A stretch of 64,000 nt of DNA from a bacterium. Lineage in GTDB: Bacteria > Fidelibacterota > Fidelibacteria > Fidelibacterales > Fidelibacteraceae. This document shows positions 1 to 10,324 of the stretch, in pieces. Position 1 is the first letter of the stretch; every line of letters starts with the position of its first letter. A model generated the notes under the pieces. That model was not told the origin of the DNA. It was given only the letters and a program-made list of their open reading frames with translations, and made no database searches. The DNA lies in the NCBI GenBank assembly GCA_963676395.1, contig OY781066.1, positions 2,271,626 to 2,335,625 on the forward strand. The letters are read 5' to 3'. A program made the translations under genes and the position numbers.

Positions 1-865
1 TATCCTGTTGGTTTCCCAGTAGCATTACGGTTGTAAGCGGAATGTTACCACCGATAACGATGTTGTGAGCATCGGTAACTTTTTTGGCTTCAATCATATT
101 GATGTTTTCATCAATGGAGATCATATCCGGTTTAGTTTTACACATTACATCCATGTTCTTGCTGGCATCACCACAAACAAACAGACAAGAATGAATGTTT
201 TTATTTTTGATATGAGAAAATAGATCCGAAAGTGGTTCATGTAGGAATTGCTCAAACATTTCCGGTGAGATCTGCGAAACTACCGGATCAACCACTGCGA
301 TCACATCCATGCCGGCTTCAATATAGAGGTCGCTCATGGTTTTCGCCACCTCTGTACAGTAGTTGATCAATGCCTGGACCTTTTCTTCTTCCATGTAAGT
401 GTCCATAAACAGTTCGGCACCACGTAGATGGGTAGCAAGGGTGAGGGGTCCGCAAATAAGCCCGTAAAGCGCAGTCGTATTACCTACAGAGGCTTTCATA
501 CGCCTCATGACGTCCAATATGATAGGTATTCTACCATCTTCGGCTGTGATCTTTTGCTCGGGAACGCTCAAGTCCATCATCAAAGGATGAGATACGACCG
601 AAGGAGGACAATCTTCTGCCCATAAAAGATCGCAACCCAGTATTTCGGCTTCAAGTTGAAGATCGAATATAACCGGTTGTCCATCAGGAGTATAGACCTC
701 ATGAACTCTCATTAATGATTCGTAGAATTTATCGGCGTTTTTGAGTACTTCTTCGGCTGAATAGCCGCATAGTTTACCGGCATGTACGCCCGCAAAAGGT
801 ACCCAGGGAAGCGCATCGGCTTTCTTGCCTGCTAACGTTTGCAGGATGCGTTCTTTACCTGTCAT
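1..865 (-). CDS. Uroporphyrinogen decarboxylase / MtbA-like methylcobalamin methyltransferase family protein (runs off the window edge)
   Basis: Manual translation from ATG at 865: MTGKERILQTLAGKKADALPWVPFAGVHAG...FDLQLEAEILGC...GPLTLATHLRG...FVCGD...GGNIP, typical URO-D/MtbA motifs. Absent from the ORF track because it is open at the edge. Confidence 0.8.
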   Translation of the reverse strand, partial: MTGKERILQTLAGKKADALPWVPFAGVHAGKLCGYSAEEVLKNADKFYESLMRVHEVYTPDGQPVIFDLQLEAEILGCDLLWAEDCPPSVVSHPLMMDLSVPEQKITAEDGRIPIILDVMRRMKASVGNTTALYGLICGPLTLATHLRGAELFMDTYMEEEKVQALINYCTEVAKTMSDLYIEAGMDVIAVVDPVVSQISPEMFEQFLHEPLSDLFSHIKNKNIHSCLFVCGDASKNMDVMCKTKPDMISIDENINMIEAKKVTDAHNIVIGGNIPLTTVMLLGNQQD

Positions 866-892
866 GATCTCTCCGTTAAGGATTAATACTGC

Positions 893-1618
893 TTATTTGT
901 TGAAATTAAGGATGCGTTTTGCCTCTTGGACATAATCCTTTTCTAATTTGAAATAGACCCTTAAATATTCAAGAGCTTTTTCTTCGGAGTTGTATTTCTC
1001 AACATTGCCTTCGCTACGGACCTGAACATAATCACCATTGATATAGATGAATTTGTTGTTAATGGTCATTGATGCCACGATACTGTTGATGTAATCGAAT
1101 GATTTTGTCCAATAGAGCATGAATTCATCACTATCGACCGGCTTAATGCTAAAGCTATAACGATCTTTTTTTATCCCTCCGGCGATGGTTCTTAATGTAT
1201 ATTTGCCTTTTTCATCCATGGTGATCTCGAAATCTATGGGTGAATTAGGATTTGAGGTGATACTGTCACCCGTAAGTAGAATGGGATCATTGATCAGGTA
1301 TCCCGGATCTACCAGATATAGTTCACTATTGTAAGCGATGATACAAAAGAAATGAGGAAATGATCGACGATGAATATCGGCTTTAACCGGATAAGCATTA
1401 ATGCCTTCCATGCGTAATGTGCTAACCAAAAGATTTACCAACGAAAAACAGGTTCCACCGTAGTTATTCTCCAGATGCTCACTTAACACCGTTTTTGGCA
1501 TTCTGGGGCGCTCAAGAGAAGGTTTTAAAAGTTGATGTATTTTAGAAACATTCTCGTAGGGGATCTTTTTAAGGACCGAAAATATCTGTAGATCTTTTAA
1601 TTCACGTTCTTCTTTCAT
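893..1618 (-). CDS. Arylamine N-acetyltransferase family protein
   Basis: IPYEN motif, GGTCF (catalytic Cys), His in FPHF, LVDPG (Asp): the Cys-His-Asp triad of the NAT fold. Confidence 0.8.
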   Translation of the reverse strand: MKEERELKDLQIFSVLKKIPYENVSKIHQLLKPSLERPRMPKTVLSEHLENNYGGTCFSLVNLLVSTLRMEGINAYPVKADIHRRSFPHFFCIIAYNSELYLVDPGYLINDPILLTGDSITSNPNSPIDFEITMDEKGKYTLRTIAGGIKKDRYSFSIKPVDSDEFMLYWTKSFDYINSIVASMTINNKFIYINGDYVQVRSEGNVEKYNSEEKALEYLRVYFKLEKDYVQEAKRILNFNK

Positions 1619-1962
1619 GTGGGGAATTTAAATAAAAACATTTCAATATGAAAATTGAAAATTGAGAGTTAAGAATTTAATTGAGAATTGCTTGCATATC
1701 TGTAGCTTTGGGGATGAGAGATGAATAGGTGGAATATTTTAATAAATGTAACAATCATTTTGGAATAATATGAAATACGGAGCTTGAAAGGTCGTGAATC
1801 CTCCTTACGCCTCATTATACTTAGCTGTAATTGTTTTAAAATATTCGATTGGGCCGCGATGAACCTAATATTTTCGAGCTTATCCCATTAAAATGATTTC
1901 ATGTTAGGTTTTCAATGAAATTTCTTTGAATAAAAATTCACATCCATTAAATTTATCCCACT

Positions 1963-2415
1963 ATGAATAAAAAAATACTCAACGTAATCAACAAATACGA
2001 AGGACTAAAGGGTTCAGCCATTCCGATTCTACAGGAAGTTCAGGAGATCGAAGGCTACATTTCGAAGGATACAATTCGTGAGATAACGGAACATACAGGT
2101 ATTCCTTCGGCTGAACTTTACGGGATTGCCACCTTTTACTCCATGTTCCGTTTAAAACCGCAAGGACGTCATATTATTCGTGTGTGTAAGGGGACTGCTT
2201 GCCATGTTTCCGGTGCCGATAATTTGGCCTCGATGTTAAGAACCCTTCTTGAATTACCTGCCGGTGAAAACACGACGGATGATGGTCGCTTTACTCTGCT
2301 TGAAGTAGCTTGTCTCGGTTGTTGCTCTCTGGCTCCGGTGATCATGATCAATGAGGATACTTACGGGAAGTTGGCTTCCGACAAACTTGCAAAAATTTTA
2401 GACAAATACGAATAA
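1963..2415 (+). CDS. NuoE/HydC-like [2Fe-2S] subunit of a soluble oxidoreductase
   Basis: VCKGTACHV and ACLGCCSLAP thioredoxin-like 2Fe-2S motifs; ATFYSMF. Confidence 0.92.
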   Translation: MNKKILNVINKYEGLKGSAIPILQEVQEIEGYISKDTIREITEHTGIPSAELYGIATFYSMFRLKPQGRHIIRVCKGTACHVSGADNLASMLRTLLELPAGENTTDDGRFTLLEVACLGCCSLAPVIMINEDTYGKLASDKLAKILDKYE

Positions 2416-2419
2416 TATT

Positions 2420-4171
2420 ATGATGATCAAAGAAATCAAAGTTGGAATGGCGAGTTGTGGACTGGCTGCGGGTGCTCAGGCAATTTATGATGCTTTAGAA
2501 ACATCGCTGCCCGAGTCTGTAAAGCTTAGTAAAACAGCTTGTATCGGCTTCTGTTATGCAGAACCCATGCTCGAAACCGTCGATGATGAAGGTGTCAGCC
2601 GTTATTACGGATATTTAACACCTCGCGATCTTGAGGGTTTTGGCAAGAATGAGCCTCCTGTTAAAAAATTAATCATTTCACAAAAAGAAGAGGCTCCCGG
2701 TAATAAAAAATTGGCTCGTCAGGTGCGTATTGCTACCCGTAACTCAGGGATGATAGATCCCGATGATATCGAGCAGTATGTCGCACGTGAGGGTTACAAA
2801 GCGCTGGAAAAAGTTTTAAAAGAGATGGATCCTCAGTCTGTGATCGATGAAGTCAAAAATTCCGGACTGCGCGGTCGTGGTGGCGCAGGTTTTTCTACCG
2901 GATTGAAGTGGCAGTTCGCTCATGATGCTCAAGGAGATAAAAAATATATCATCTGTAATGCCGATGAGGGTGATCCCGGCGCATTTATGGATAGAAATCT
3001 ATTGGAATCCGATCCTCACGCCGTACTGGAAGGTATGGCTATTTGTGCTTATGCCGTGGGTGCCGATGAAGGCTATATTTATTGCCGTGCCGAATATCCT
3101 TTAGCGGTTCGCCGACTAAAAAAAGCAATCTTGGATGCTATGGATAAGGGGTATTTGGGAGACAAAATATTCGGCTCTGATTTTTCTTTGAAATTAAAGG
3201 TTAAAGAAGGTGCAGGTGCCTTTGTTTGTGGTGAAGAGACTGCTCTGATCGCATCTATCGAAGGTCAACGAGGTATGCCTAGATTGAGACCACCGTTTCC
3301 TGCGCAATCCGGTCTGTGGAAAAAACCTACGAATAATAATAATGTCGAAACTTACGCCAATATCGCCTGGATCATCAACAATGGTGCTGAAGCTTATGCC
3401 GCTTACGGAGTGGGCAAGTCTCGCGGAACAAAAGTATTCGCGTTAGCGGGAAAAGTGAAAGAATCCGGGCTGGTGGAAGTGCCTATGGGAACCACGTTGC
3501 GTGAGATCATTTTTGATATCGGTGGTGGTATCAAGGATGACCGACCTTTTAAAGCCGTACAATTGGGCGGTCCTTCCGGTGGTTGTGTACCCGAAGAGTT
3601 ACTGGATACCTCGGTGGATTACGAATCCATTGCCGAGATCGGTGCTATTATGGGTTCCGGTGGTATGGTTGTCATGGACGAAACCACTTGCATGATCAAT
3701 ATTGCTTCTTTTTTCTTGAATTTTACGCAAAATGAATCTTGCGGAAAGTGTACTTTTTGTCGTATTGGCACCAAGCGCATGTTGGAGATTCTGCAAAAGA
3801 TCCAGGCAGGAGAGGGCGTTTTGGAGGATATTGACAAGCTGGAAACCTTAGCGGAGCAGATCATTGCTTCATCTTTATGTGGATTAGGAAAATCCGCACC
3901 GAATCCGGTTTTATCGACTTTGCGCTATTTTAAAAATGAATATCTTGCGCATATAGAAGAAAAACGCTGTCCTGCTTTTGTATGTAAAGACCTTATCTCG
4001 TTTGAGATCAATGAGGAAGCATGTACGGGATGTACACTTTGTGCACGAAAATGTCCGGTAAATGCTATAGAAGGCGTGGCGAAAGGTCCCCATACCATCG
4101 ATCAGGATAAATGCATTTCTTGCGGTGCATGTTTTGATGCATGCCGTTTTAATGCTGTATTACGAACTTAA
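2420..4171 (+). CDS. NuoF/HydB-like FMN/NADH-binding subunit with N-terminal 2Fe-2S-like and C-terminal 2x[4Fe-4S] domains
   Basis: GLRGRGGAGF, CNADEGDPGAFMDR, GAGAFVCGEETAL, ESCGKCTFCRIG, and terminal CxxCxxCxxxCP-type motifs. Confidence 0.93.
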   Translation: MMIKEIKVGMASCGLAAGAQAIYDALETSLPESVKLSKTACIGFCYAEPMLETVDDEGVSRYYGYLTPRDLEGFGKNEPPVKKLIISQKEEAPGNKKLARQVRIATRNSGMIDPDDIEQYVAREGYKALEKVLKEMDPQSVIDEVKNSGLRGRGGAGFSTGLKWQFAHDAQGDKKYIICNADEGDPGAFMDRNLLESDPHAVLEGMAICAYAVGADEGYIYCRAEYPLAVRRLKKAILDAMDKGYLGDKIFGSDFSLKLKVKEGAGAFVCGEETALIASIEGQRGMPRLRPPFPAQSGLWKKPTNNNNVETYANIAWIINNGAEAYAAYGVGKSRGTKVFALAGKVKESGLVEVPMGTTLREIIFDIGGGIKDDRPFKAVQLGGPSGGCVPEELLDTSVDYESIAEIGAIMGSGGMVVMDETTCMINIASFFLNFTQNESCGKCTFCRIGTKRMLEILQKIQAGEGVLEDIDKLETLAEQIIASSLCGLGKSAPNPVLSTLRYFKNEYLAHIEEKRCPAFVCKDLISFEINEEACTGCTLCARKCPVNAIEGVAKGPHTIDQDKCISCGACFDACRFNAVLRT

Positions 4172-4186
4172 AAATATTAGAGAATT

Positions 4187-7087
4187 ATGAAAATATACCT
4201 CAATCATAAAGAAGTCCAATGTCAAGAAGGTCAAACCATTCTTGAGGTCGCACGTGAGAACGGGATCTCGATTCCCACGCTTTGTCACGAACCCGAGTTG
4301 AACGCCTACGGTTCTTGTTGGGTTTGTTCGGTTAAAGTTGAAGGAATGCGTGGATTTGTAACATCCTGCGGTACCAAGGTTCGTGAGGACATGAGCGTGA
4401 TCACCGATTCACCCGAGGTGAAAAAGGCACGTAAAACAGCTCTTGAGCTCCTGCTTTCGGATCATTATGCCGATTGTGAAGCACCTTGTAAGATCGCCTG
4501 CCCGGATCATGTGGATATCCAAACCTATGTATCGCTTATCGCCAATGGTAAATTCAAAGAAGCCGTTGAGGTGATAAAGAATAATCTGCCACTGCCTATG
4601 TCGGTTGGGCGTGTGTGTCCCGCATTCTGCGAAATGGAATGTCGCAGGAGCTTGGTAGATGAACCCGTGGCCATTCGCCAGTTAAAACGCTGTGCAGCTG
4701 ATTTGGAATTGGATTCGGATTGGTATTTTGTTCATGATAAAAAAGAAGATAAGGGCAAGAAAGTTGCTATTGTTGGTGCCGGACCTGCCGGTTTAACCGC
4801 CGGATATTTTTTAAGCACCGAAGGCTATGGTGTGGATATATTTGAATCTTCACCTCAGGCCGGAGGTTGGTTGCGTTACGGTATTCCCGAATATCGATTG
4901 CCCAAAGCTATTCTTGATAAAGAAATTGATATCATGTGCAAGAATGGCATGAATATTATTTACAATACGAAAATGGGCAAGGATGTCTTTTTAAAGGACT
5001 TGTCCAAAGATTATGATGCCGTGTTTGTGGGTATCGGTGCGCAGTTGCCTTCGCCTATGCGAGCAAAGAATGCCGATATCGAAGGTTGTCTGCTGGGTGT
5101 GGATTATCTGAGAGCCGTCGCCATGAACCAAGCTCCCGAACTAGGCAAGAAAGTTGCCATTGTGGGGGCCGGGGATGTGGCCATTGATTGTGCACGAACC
5201 GCTTTGCGTTCAGGTGCCGATGTGACGCTCTTATACCGTCGCACGCGAAAGGAAATGCCCGCGGAGACTTATGAAGTCGATGCCGCCGAAGAAGAAGGCG
5301 TAAAGTTACAATTTTTGATCAATCCTATTGAAATGATAGATAAGGATGGCAAGCTGGATAAGGTGGTCATTGAAAAAATGAAATTGGGTGAACCCGATGA
5401 CAGCGGAAGACGCAGACCCGAGGCAACGGGGGAGTCTTACGAAGAAAAATTTGATTCCATTATTGCTGCGATCTCGCAAAAATGTGATGTAAGCTGGCAT
5501 GGCGACGATAGAAATAAAGTTGAACACGAACTGGAACTTTCTAAATGGAATACGGCGGAATCCGATGCCGAAACCATGCATTGGAACGATAATGTTTTTG
5601 CCGGTGGTGATTTTCGTGTAGGACCCGCGACCGCCATTGAAGCCGTAGCTGACGGCAAGATCGCAGCTATGAGTATTGATCGTTTTCTGCGCGGTGAGAT
5701 CATGGCCGGAACGCATAAGTTCAATTCACGCAAATCCGATAAGATCAAAGATATGGATCCCGAAGAATTTGCCGAGATCCCGCGTAAAGATCGGCTCAAA
5801 GCCCGCGAATTGGGCGTGACTGAGCGCGAATTAAATCATAAAGAGGTGGAAGCTAGCTTTGGACAAGAAGAGGCCTCAGAAGAAGCCGGACGCTGTTTGG
5901 AATGCGGTTGTATGGTAAACACCAGCTGTTCCTTGAGAGAATACTCCACAGAATATGAGGCTAATCAGGACCAATATGCCGGTGAGCTGACCAAGCACCC
6001 CATTGATGAATCGCATCCTTTTATCTTGCGTGATGCCAATAAATGTATCAATTGCGGGCGCTGTATCCGTATTTGTGCCGAAGTGCAAGGACCTGCGGTT
6101 TTGGGGTATATCTATCGCGGATTTGCCTCGGTGGTCGGACCCGAATTCGGTGAAAAGCTCGAAGACACCGTCTGTACCACCTGCGGAAAATGTATCGAGG
6201 TTTGTCCCACGGGAGCCTTACTACCTAAAACCAAGCATTATAAAAACAATCCGACCTATTTTACATACCGCGATTCCCGCTGTAGCGAATGCGGCGCCGC
6301 CTGTTATGTGACGATCCAGGAAGAACATGATACTGTTTTGCGTGTTGACGCCAAAGACGATAATGATTTTAACGGATTGAACCTTTGTTATAAAGGTCGA
6401 TTTGACTGGCAGAATCTTGATGTTCAGCTGAGCGCTGAGGATTTAAATAGCTTAGACGTACCGGAAGGTACCGTAATGAACATTTCGCCTGCTATGAGCA
6501 ACGAAATGATCAAAGAAGCGCTCTCCTATGCCAAGGATAAAGGTTTAGAGGTTGTTTCCTGCGAACTCACAGCCGATCCTTGTGAGGACTATGCAGAGCT
6601 TAAAGATTTGGACGAAGTCGAAGCACTGGTATTGGTTGGACCCTTGAATCAAATGATCAAAGCTAAGGCGCGTAGCTTACAGCTTAAAGGTGCCAAGATG
6701 ATCGTGGTCAATCAACTTGACGACAGATTTAATGGGCTTGCCGATGCCGATCTCTCCGATCTGGCCTCACTCGAGATCGAAAAAGACGTCAAAACCTTGT
6801 TTATCTACAATCGCGAAGAACTTGATATGGACATGAAAAACGAGATCAACACCCTTATGTCCAAACTCGATACCGCCAAAGCCTGGGTCAACTCAGCCTA
6901 CCTCAACACCCGCGGATTGGAAAGCTTCGATGTAAAAGCCGTTGAAGAGCTTGATACCGCCAATGTGATCGTCTGGGGTAAAACACCGGATAATTGCTAT
7001 GCCGATAAGGTCTGGCGCTTGCTCTTGAAACCGTTCCATGTGAAAGGGACAGTGATTACAGACTTTGGTGAGGAAATAAAGCTATAG
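4187..7087 (+). CDS. Fusion of NuoG/HydA-type Fe-S domains with a GltD/NfnB-like FAD oxidoreductase (Bfu/NfnABC-type large subunit)
   Basis: N-terminal IPTLCH..GSCWVC 2Fe-2S; APCKIACP and GRVCPAFCE; GAGPAG; GGWLRYGIPEYRLP; GAGDVAIDCAR; YRRT; CINCGRCIRIC and CTTCGKCIEVCP; CSECGAAC..LCYKGRF. Confidence 0.85.
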   Translation: MKIYLNHKEVQCQEGQTILEVARENGISIPTLCHEPELNAYGSCWVCSVKVEGMRGFVTSCGTKVREDMSVITDSPEVKKARKTALELLLSDHYADCEAPCKIACPDHVDIQTYVSLIANGKFKEAVEVIKNNLPLPMSVGRVCPAFCEMECRRSLVDEPVAIRQLKRCAADLELDSDWYFVHDKKEDKGKKVAIVGAGPAGLTAGYFLSTEGYGVDIFESSPQAGGWLRYGIPEYRLPKAILDKEIDIMCKNGMNIIYNTKMGKDVFLKDLSKDYDAVFVGIGAQLPSPMRAKNADIEGCLLGVDYLRAVAMNQAPELGKKVAIVGAGDVAIDCARTALRSGADVTLLYRRTRKEMPAETYEVDAAEEEGVKLQFLINPIEMIDKDGKLDKVVIEKMKLGEPDDSGRRRPEATGESYEEKFDSIIAAISQKCDVSWHGDDRNKVEHELELSKWNTAESDAETMHWNDNVFAGGDFRVGPATAIEAVADGKIAAMSIDRFLRGEIMAGTHKFNSRKSDKIKDMDPEEFAEIPRKDRLKARELGVTERELNHKEVEASFGQEEASEEAGRCLECGCMVNTSCSLREYSTEYEANQDQYAGELTKHPIDESHPFILRDANKCINCGRCIRICAEVQGPAVLGYIYRGFASVVGPEFGEKLEDTVCTTCGKCIEVCPTGALLPKTKHYKNNPTYFTYRDSRCSECGAACYVTIQEEHDTVLRVDAKDDNDFNGLNLCYKGRFDWQNLDVQLSAEDLNSLDVPEGTVMNISPAMSNEMIKEALSYAKDKGLEVVSCELTADPCEDYAELKDLDEVEALVLVGPLNQMIKAKARSLQLKGAKMIVVNQLDDRFNGLADADLSDLASLEIEKDVKTLFIYNREELDMDMKNEINTLMSKLDTAKAWVNSAYLNTRGLESFDVKAVEELDTANVIVWGKTPDNCYADKVWRLLLKPFHVKGTVITDFGEEIKL

Positions 7088-7130
7088 AAATTAATCCCCG
7101 AGCATGGTCGAGGGGATTATCAATAATAAC

Positions 7131-7157
7131 CCCGGGTGAAACCCGGGGTTTTTTATT
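7131..7157 (+). terminator. Rho-independent terminator after the oxidoreductase operon
   Basis: CCCGGGT-GAA-ACCCGGG hairpin followed by a T tract. Confidence 0.75.
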
Positions 7158-7205
7158 CCCTTGCATAAATCAACCCTGAGCGAAGTCGAGGGGTTGACCT
7201 TTTCT

Positions 7206-7378
7206 CTTACTTTTCTTTTTCCGCAAAAGAAAAGTAACAAAAGAAAGCTCGCCGCTGCACCTCCTTTGGCTAAAAATCTTCTTCACTCGGGAAAGCTTGA
7301 GAGGTTCACTTCGTTCACTGCCAAGCTTTTTAATCCCTCGATCATCAGATTTTCTTAACGCGTCGTCTCTGAGGCGGC
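7206..7378 (-). repeat. Structured ~175-nt repeat, copy 1 (inverted relative to 11497-11670)
   Basis: Its reverse complement aligns along its length to 11497-11670, sharing GACGACGCGTTAAGAAAATCTGA, GAAGATTTTTAGCC, CAGCGGCGAG and the TTTTCTTT..AAAGAAAAG hairpin. Confidence 0.9.
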
Positions 7379-7420
7379 TTAGAATATGAGATTGGGTAAG
7401 TACTTAAAAAATTTATAGCA

Positions 7421-7445
7421 TTAAGGTCACAATTTGTGACCTTAA
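7421..7445. repeat. Perfect 25-bp palindrome
   Basis: TTAAGGTCACAA-T-TTGTGACCTTAA. Confidence 0.85.
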
Positions 7446-7500
7446 AAATGCATGAGGTAAGATATAGCGTCTCTCGCATACAATTGTTTTCTTAAACAAA

Positions 7501-7710
7501 GACCCCGACGAGGTCTAATAACAGTATAATAGGTGTTTCCTTTCCTTGCCCTTTTTCCACCCGCGTTGAGTTGAATTGATTCTAAAATAGTATTTTAAAT
7601 ATACTTTTGTATAGTATGCTTAAACCATTGACAAATTAGCTATGCAACTCAGCGCGGGTGAGGGTTTGGAGGAGGATGGTGCTATATTCTTCTTCGATCC
7701 CTCCGGGATC
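7501..7710. repeat. Nested palindromic (REP/BIME-like) element
   Basis: Small terminal hairpins GACCCCGACGAGGTC (7501-7515) and GATCCCTCCGGGATC (7696-7710) enclose a 16-bp inverted repeat CACCCGCGTTGAGTTG (7558-7573) / CAACTCAGCGCGGGTG (7645-7660). Confidence 0.7.
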
Positions 7711-7812
7711 ATTATTAAGCAATGAACGAAAATTTAAACAATCAAGTTGTTGAATTTTATTTAAATAAATTCTAAATTAAATATGTAAAATAATATAATT
7801 GGGAGATTCAAG

Positions 7813-8628
7813 ATGAAGAAAATTACATTCACTATTTTTATTGTGTTTACATTGTTTTCATGTACTACTTATTATCAAATTTATAATGTTACACCATTCA
7901 ATGAAATGGAAATTCATGACGATTACATAGTTTTCGAAAATGAAGATTGTAGAGTTTTGTATGATATGTGGGCAGAAGGTGGAAGTTCGAGTTATATGCT
8001 TTTAAATCTAACTGAAGAAAACCTTTACATCCATTTAGATGAATGTTTTTTTGTGCTTAATGATTATGCCTATGATTTGTTTAAGGGACGAGAATTTTCA
8101 AGTAACTATGATAGATTAATTGCTGCAAGCCAAACTGAAAAATCGACCGCTAATGTAACTGGTTTAAATAACTTCAAGCTATTACAGACAAATCAACTAT
8201 CAATTACAAATACACTTTATTCAAGTTTGCAGGTAGGGAAGGAAATTCGATATAAAGAGAAAAAAGTAATTTGTATTCCTCCATTTACATATAAAATGAT
8301 TCCAAGTTATAATATTCAAGATAGAATTATTAAGTACTGTGAAATGGAAGAATATCCTAATGAGAATAAGGGTTCTACATTAGAATTTACTGATGAAAAT
8401 ACTCCTTTATTATTTGAGAATATTATTTCCTATAGTCTAGATTCAGTAGAGAATTTAAAAAACAAGATAAGAAATTCCTTTTATGTAGATGCGATTGAGA
8501 ATTATCATAAAAATTCCATTTTTGAACCATATGATATTATGGATTGTGGAAAAGTGGTAGAAAGTTCAAAATATAATATTATGATGGCTCCTTATAGGTT
8601 TTATAATGTTTATGGGGTGGATGAATAA
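7813..8628 (+). CDS. Hypothetical lipoprotein
   Basis: 271-aa ORF with MKK, a hydrophobic stretch and an LFSC lipobox; GGGAGA RBS; AT-rich. Confidence 0.75.
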   Translation: MKKITFTIFIVFTLFSCTTYYQIYNVTPFNEMEIHDDYIVFENEDCRVLYDMWAEGGSSSYMLLNLTEENLYIHLDECFFVLNDYAYDLFKGREFSSNYDRLIAASQTEKSTANVTGLNNFKLLQTNQLSITNTLYSSLQVGKEIRYKEKKVICIPPFTYKMIPSYNIQDRIIKYCEMEEYPNENKGSTLEFTDENTPLLFENIISYSLDSVENLKNKIRNSFYVDAIENYHKNSIFEPYDIMDCGKVVESSKYNIMMAPYRFYNVYGVDE

Positions 8629-8681
8629 ATTCGATAATAGTTTGAAATTACAAGTTGTATTTTACTAGCAAGGAGATATAT

Positions 8682-9302
8682 ATGGAAGTATTGTCAATAA
8701 TAAAAGATATTTTACTTGTACTTACAGCGATTATTGCAAATTATATAGGTATAAGGGCATTATTATCGTGGAAGAAACAGCACAGAGAATTAACTGAATA
8801 TGATATTGCAAAAAAACTTCTGAAATCAATTTATAGATTGAAAGAAGCAGTAGAAAACTCTAGAGATAGATACATATACTTTCCTCCTCGTTCAAGCTCT
8901 GACCCTGAAGAGAGAATTACAGAAACCAAAGAAAAGAGAACATGGAATGGTCTATTTGATTACTATAATCAACGTATTAATCAAATAATTAAAACTAAAT
9001 CAGATGTTAGAGGTAATCTGTTTGAGGCAGAAATAATTTGGAATAAAGAAGTTCGGAATAAAGTAGATCCACTACTGAAAATGGCTAATGAATTAATAAA
9101 TGCTATAGACGATTATGTCGGCGCAAAACATCCAGATACTCATAAGGATTTGAGAGATGAAGTAATAAGGCATAACAGACCTCTTGTTTATTCACATAGT
9201 AATATTGAAAAAGATGCTTATAGAAAAAATTTCGAACAAACAATTGAAGATATCGAAGAGTATTTGAGACCAAAGATAAAGAAATTTCATAATAAAGAAT
9301 AA
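8682..9302 (+). CDS. Hypothetical protein with one N-terminal TM helix
   Basis: AAGGAG RBS before ATG at 8682; AT-rich ORFan. Confidence 0.7.
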   Translation: MEVLSIIKDILLVLTAIIANYIGIRALLSWKKQHRELTEYDIAKKLLKSIYRLKEAVENSRDRYIYFPPRSSSDPEERITETKEKRTWNGLFDYYNQRINQIIKTKSDVRGNLFEAEIIWNKEVRNKVDPLLKMANELINAIDDYVGAKHPDTHKDLRDEVIRHNRPLVYSHSNIEKDAYRKNFEQTIEDIEEYLRPKIKKFHNKE

Positions 9303-9387
9303 AGTATAGCTCCCTGAACGTGAGAATGGTTGGGGGTAAGATTCTTTGATGATGAAGGATTCCCAAAACAAAATACAAAGGAGTAAT

Positions 9388-10134
9388 ATGTCTCAAACGA
9401 AAAATAGCATTTTAGGTAGGCAATCTACAGTTCGGAATGCATATATTATCATGATAGTTCTTTCGGTTATTATTATTTTAATTGGATTAATACTATCTTC
9501 TTTGGTTCCGGATAAATTCAGTACTATCGTTGCGGTGGTGGTCGGGGGTGCTTTTAGCTTTGTTGCCTCTATGGTAATCCAATTATTTTCCTCAAAAGAA
9601 CAATATGAAATGATAAGATCAGTTACAATTAATGCAGAGGGTGTTCAATCTTTACCAGATTCTTTTTATAGATTAAAATGGTTTGCCCATGCAACAAAGT
9701 TAGCAAATGAAGACGGGCAACAAGATACTCATTGGCGAATTTCTCCTCTTGTAAAGTCAGGTACATCTGGTCAAAGGTTTTCCTCGTATACTTTAGATAC
9801 AAACAATTTAGTTGGTGATAAAATTTCTTATACATTGACGTGTATAGGTTTGCAGGGTTGTGTAATAGGTGTCATATCTAAAGAGAATGAAACAACATCC
9901 TCTCTAATTTTAGACACAGCAGTACCAGATGCAGGTGTTTTTTTTGGAGCGGCTTATTTGACAGATTGGGACAGTGAAAGAGACTTAACATTAATGATCG
10001 TAGGCACATCTGAAATTTCAGAATTGGAAGATCTTCCGGAATCAATAAAAAATGCATTTAAACGGTGGTATGGTAAAATGGACTGGAGAGTAGAAGATGC
10101 TTATAAAACCTTTCCATTTAATAATAAAGAATGA
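9388..10134 (+). CDS. Hypothetical protein with 2 N-terminal TM helices and a beta-rich soluble domain
   Basis: AAGGAG RBS before ATG at 9388; two hydrophobic segments. Confidence 0.7.
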   Translation: MSQTKNSILGRQSTVRNAYIIMIVLSVIIILIGLILSSLVPDKFSTIVAVVVGGAFSFVASMVIQLFSSKEQYEMIRSVTINAEGVQSLPDSFYRLKWFAHATKLANEDGQQDTHWRISPLVKSGTSGQRFSSYTLDTNNLVGDKISYTLTCIGLQGCVIGVISKENETTSSLILDTAVPDAGVFFGAAYLTDWDSERDLTLMIVGTSEISELEDLPESIKNAFKRWYGKMDWRVEDAYKTFPFNNKE

Positions 10135-10324
10135 TAAAATTCCCCTCAACCCTAGATGCTCTAGCCGATCTAAACTCTCAGCTCTCAGATGAGGGCAACG
10201 AAAAGATCCTCAACTTTGGAGATGATGAGTTAGTAACTCTATCCCATATGTTCATGGGACAACAGCTATAAAAGCAAGAGTAATATAATGTGTAATTAAT
10301 TATCATAAATCATTGGAGAAAAAT

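Noticed and set aside
4187..7087. [FeFe]-hydrogenase or formate dehydrogenase catalytic subunit
   Set aside because: No H-cluster motifs (TSCCP, MPC..KK.E, MAC..GC..GGG) and the molybdopterin-binding region is far too short.
7161..7358. Short ORFs 7161-7358 and 11492-11707
   Set aside because: They are translations of the structured repeat and palindromes, lie on opposite strands of the homologous element, and show no shared protein.
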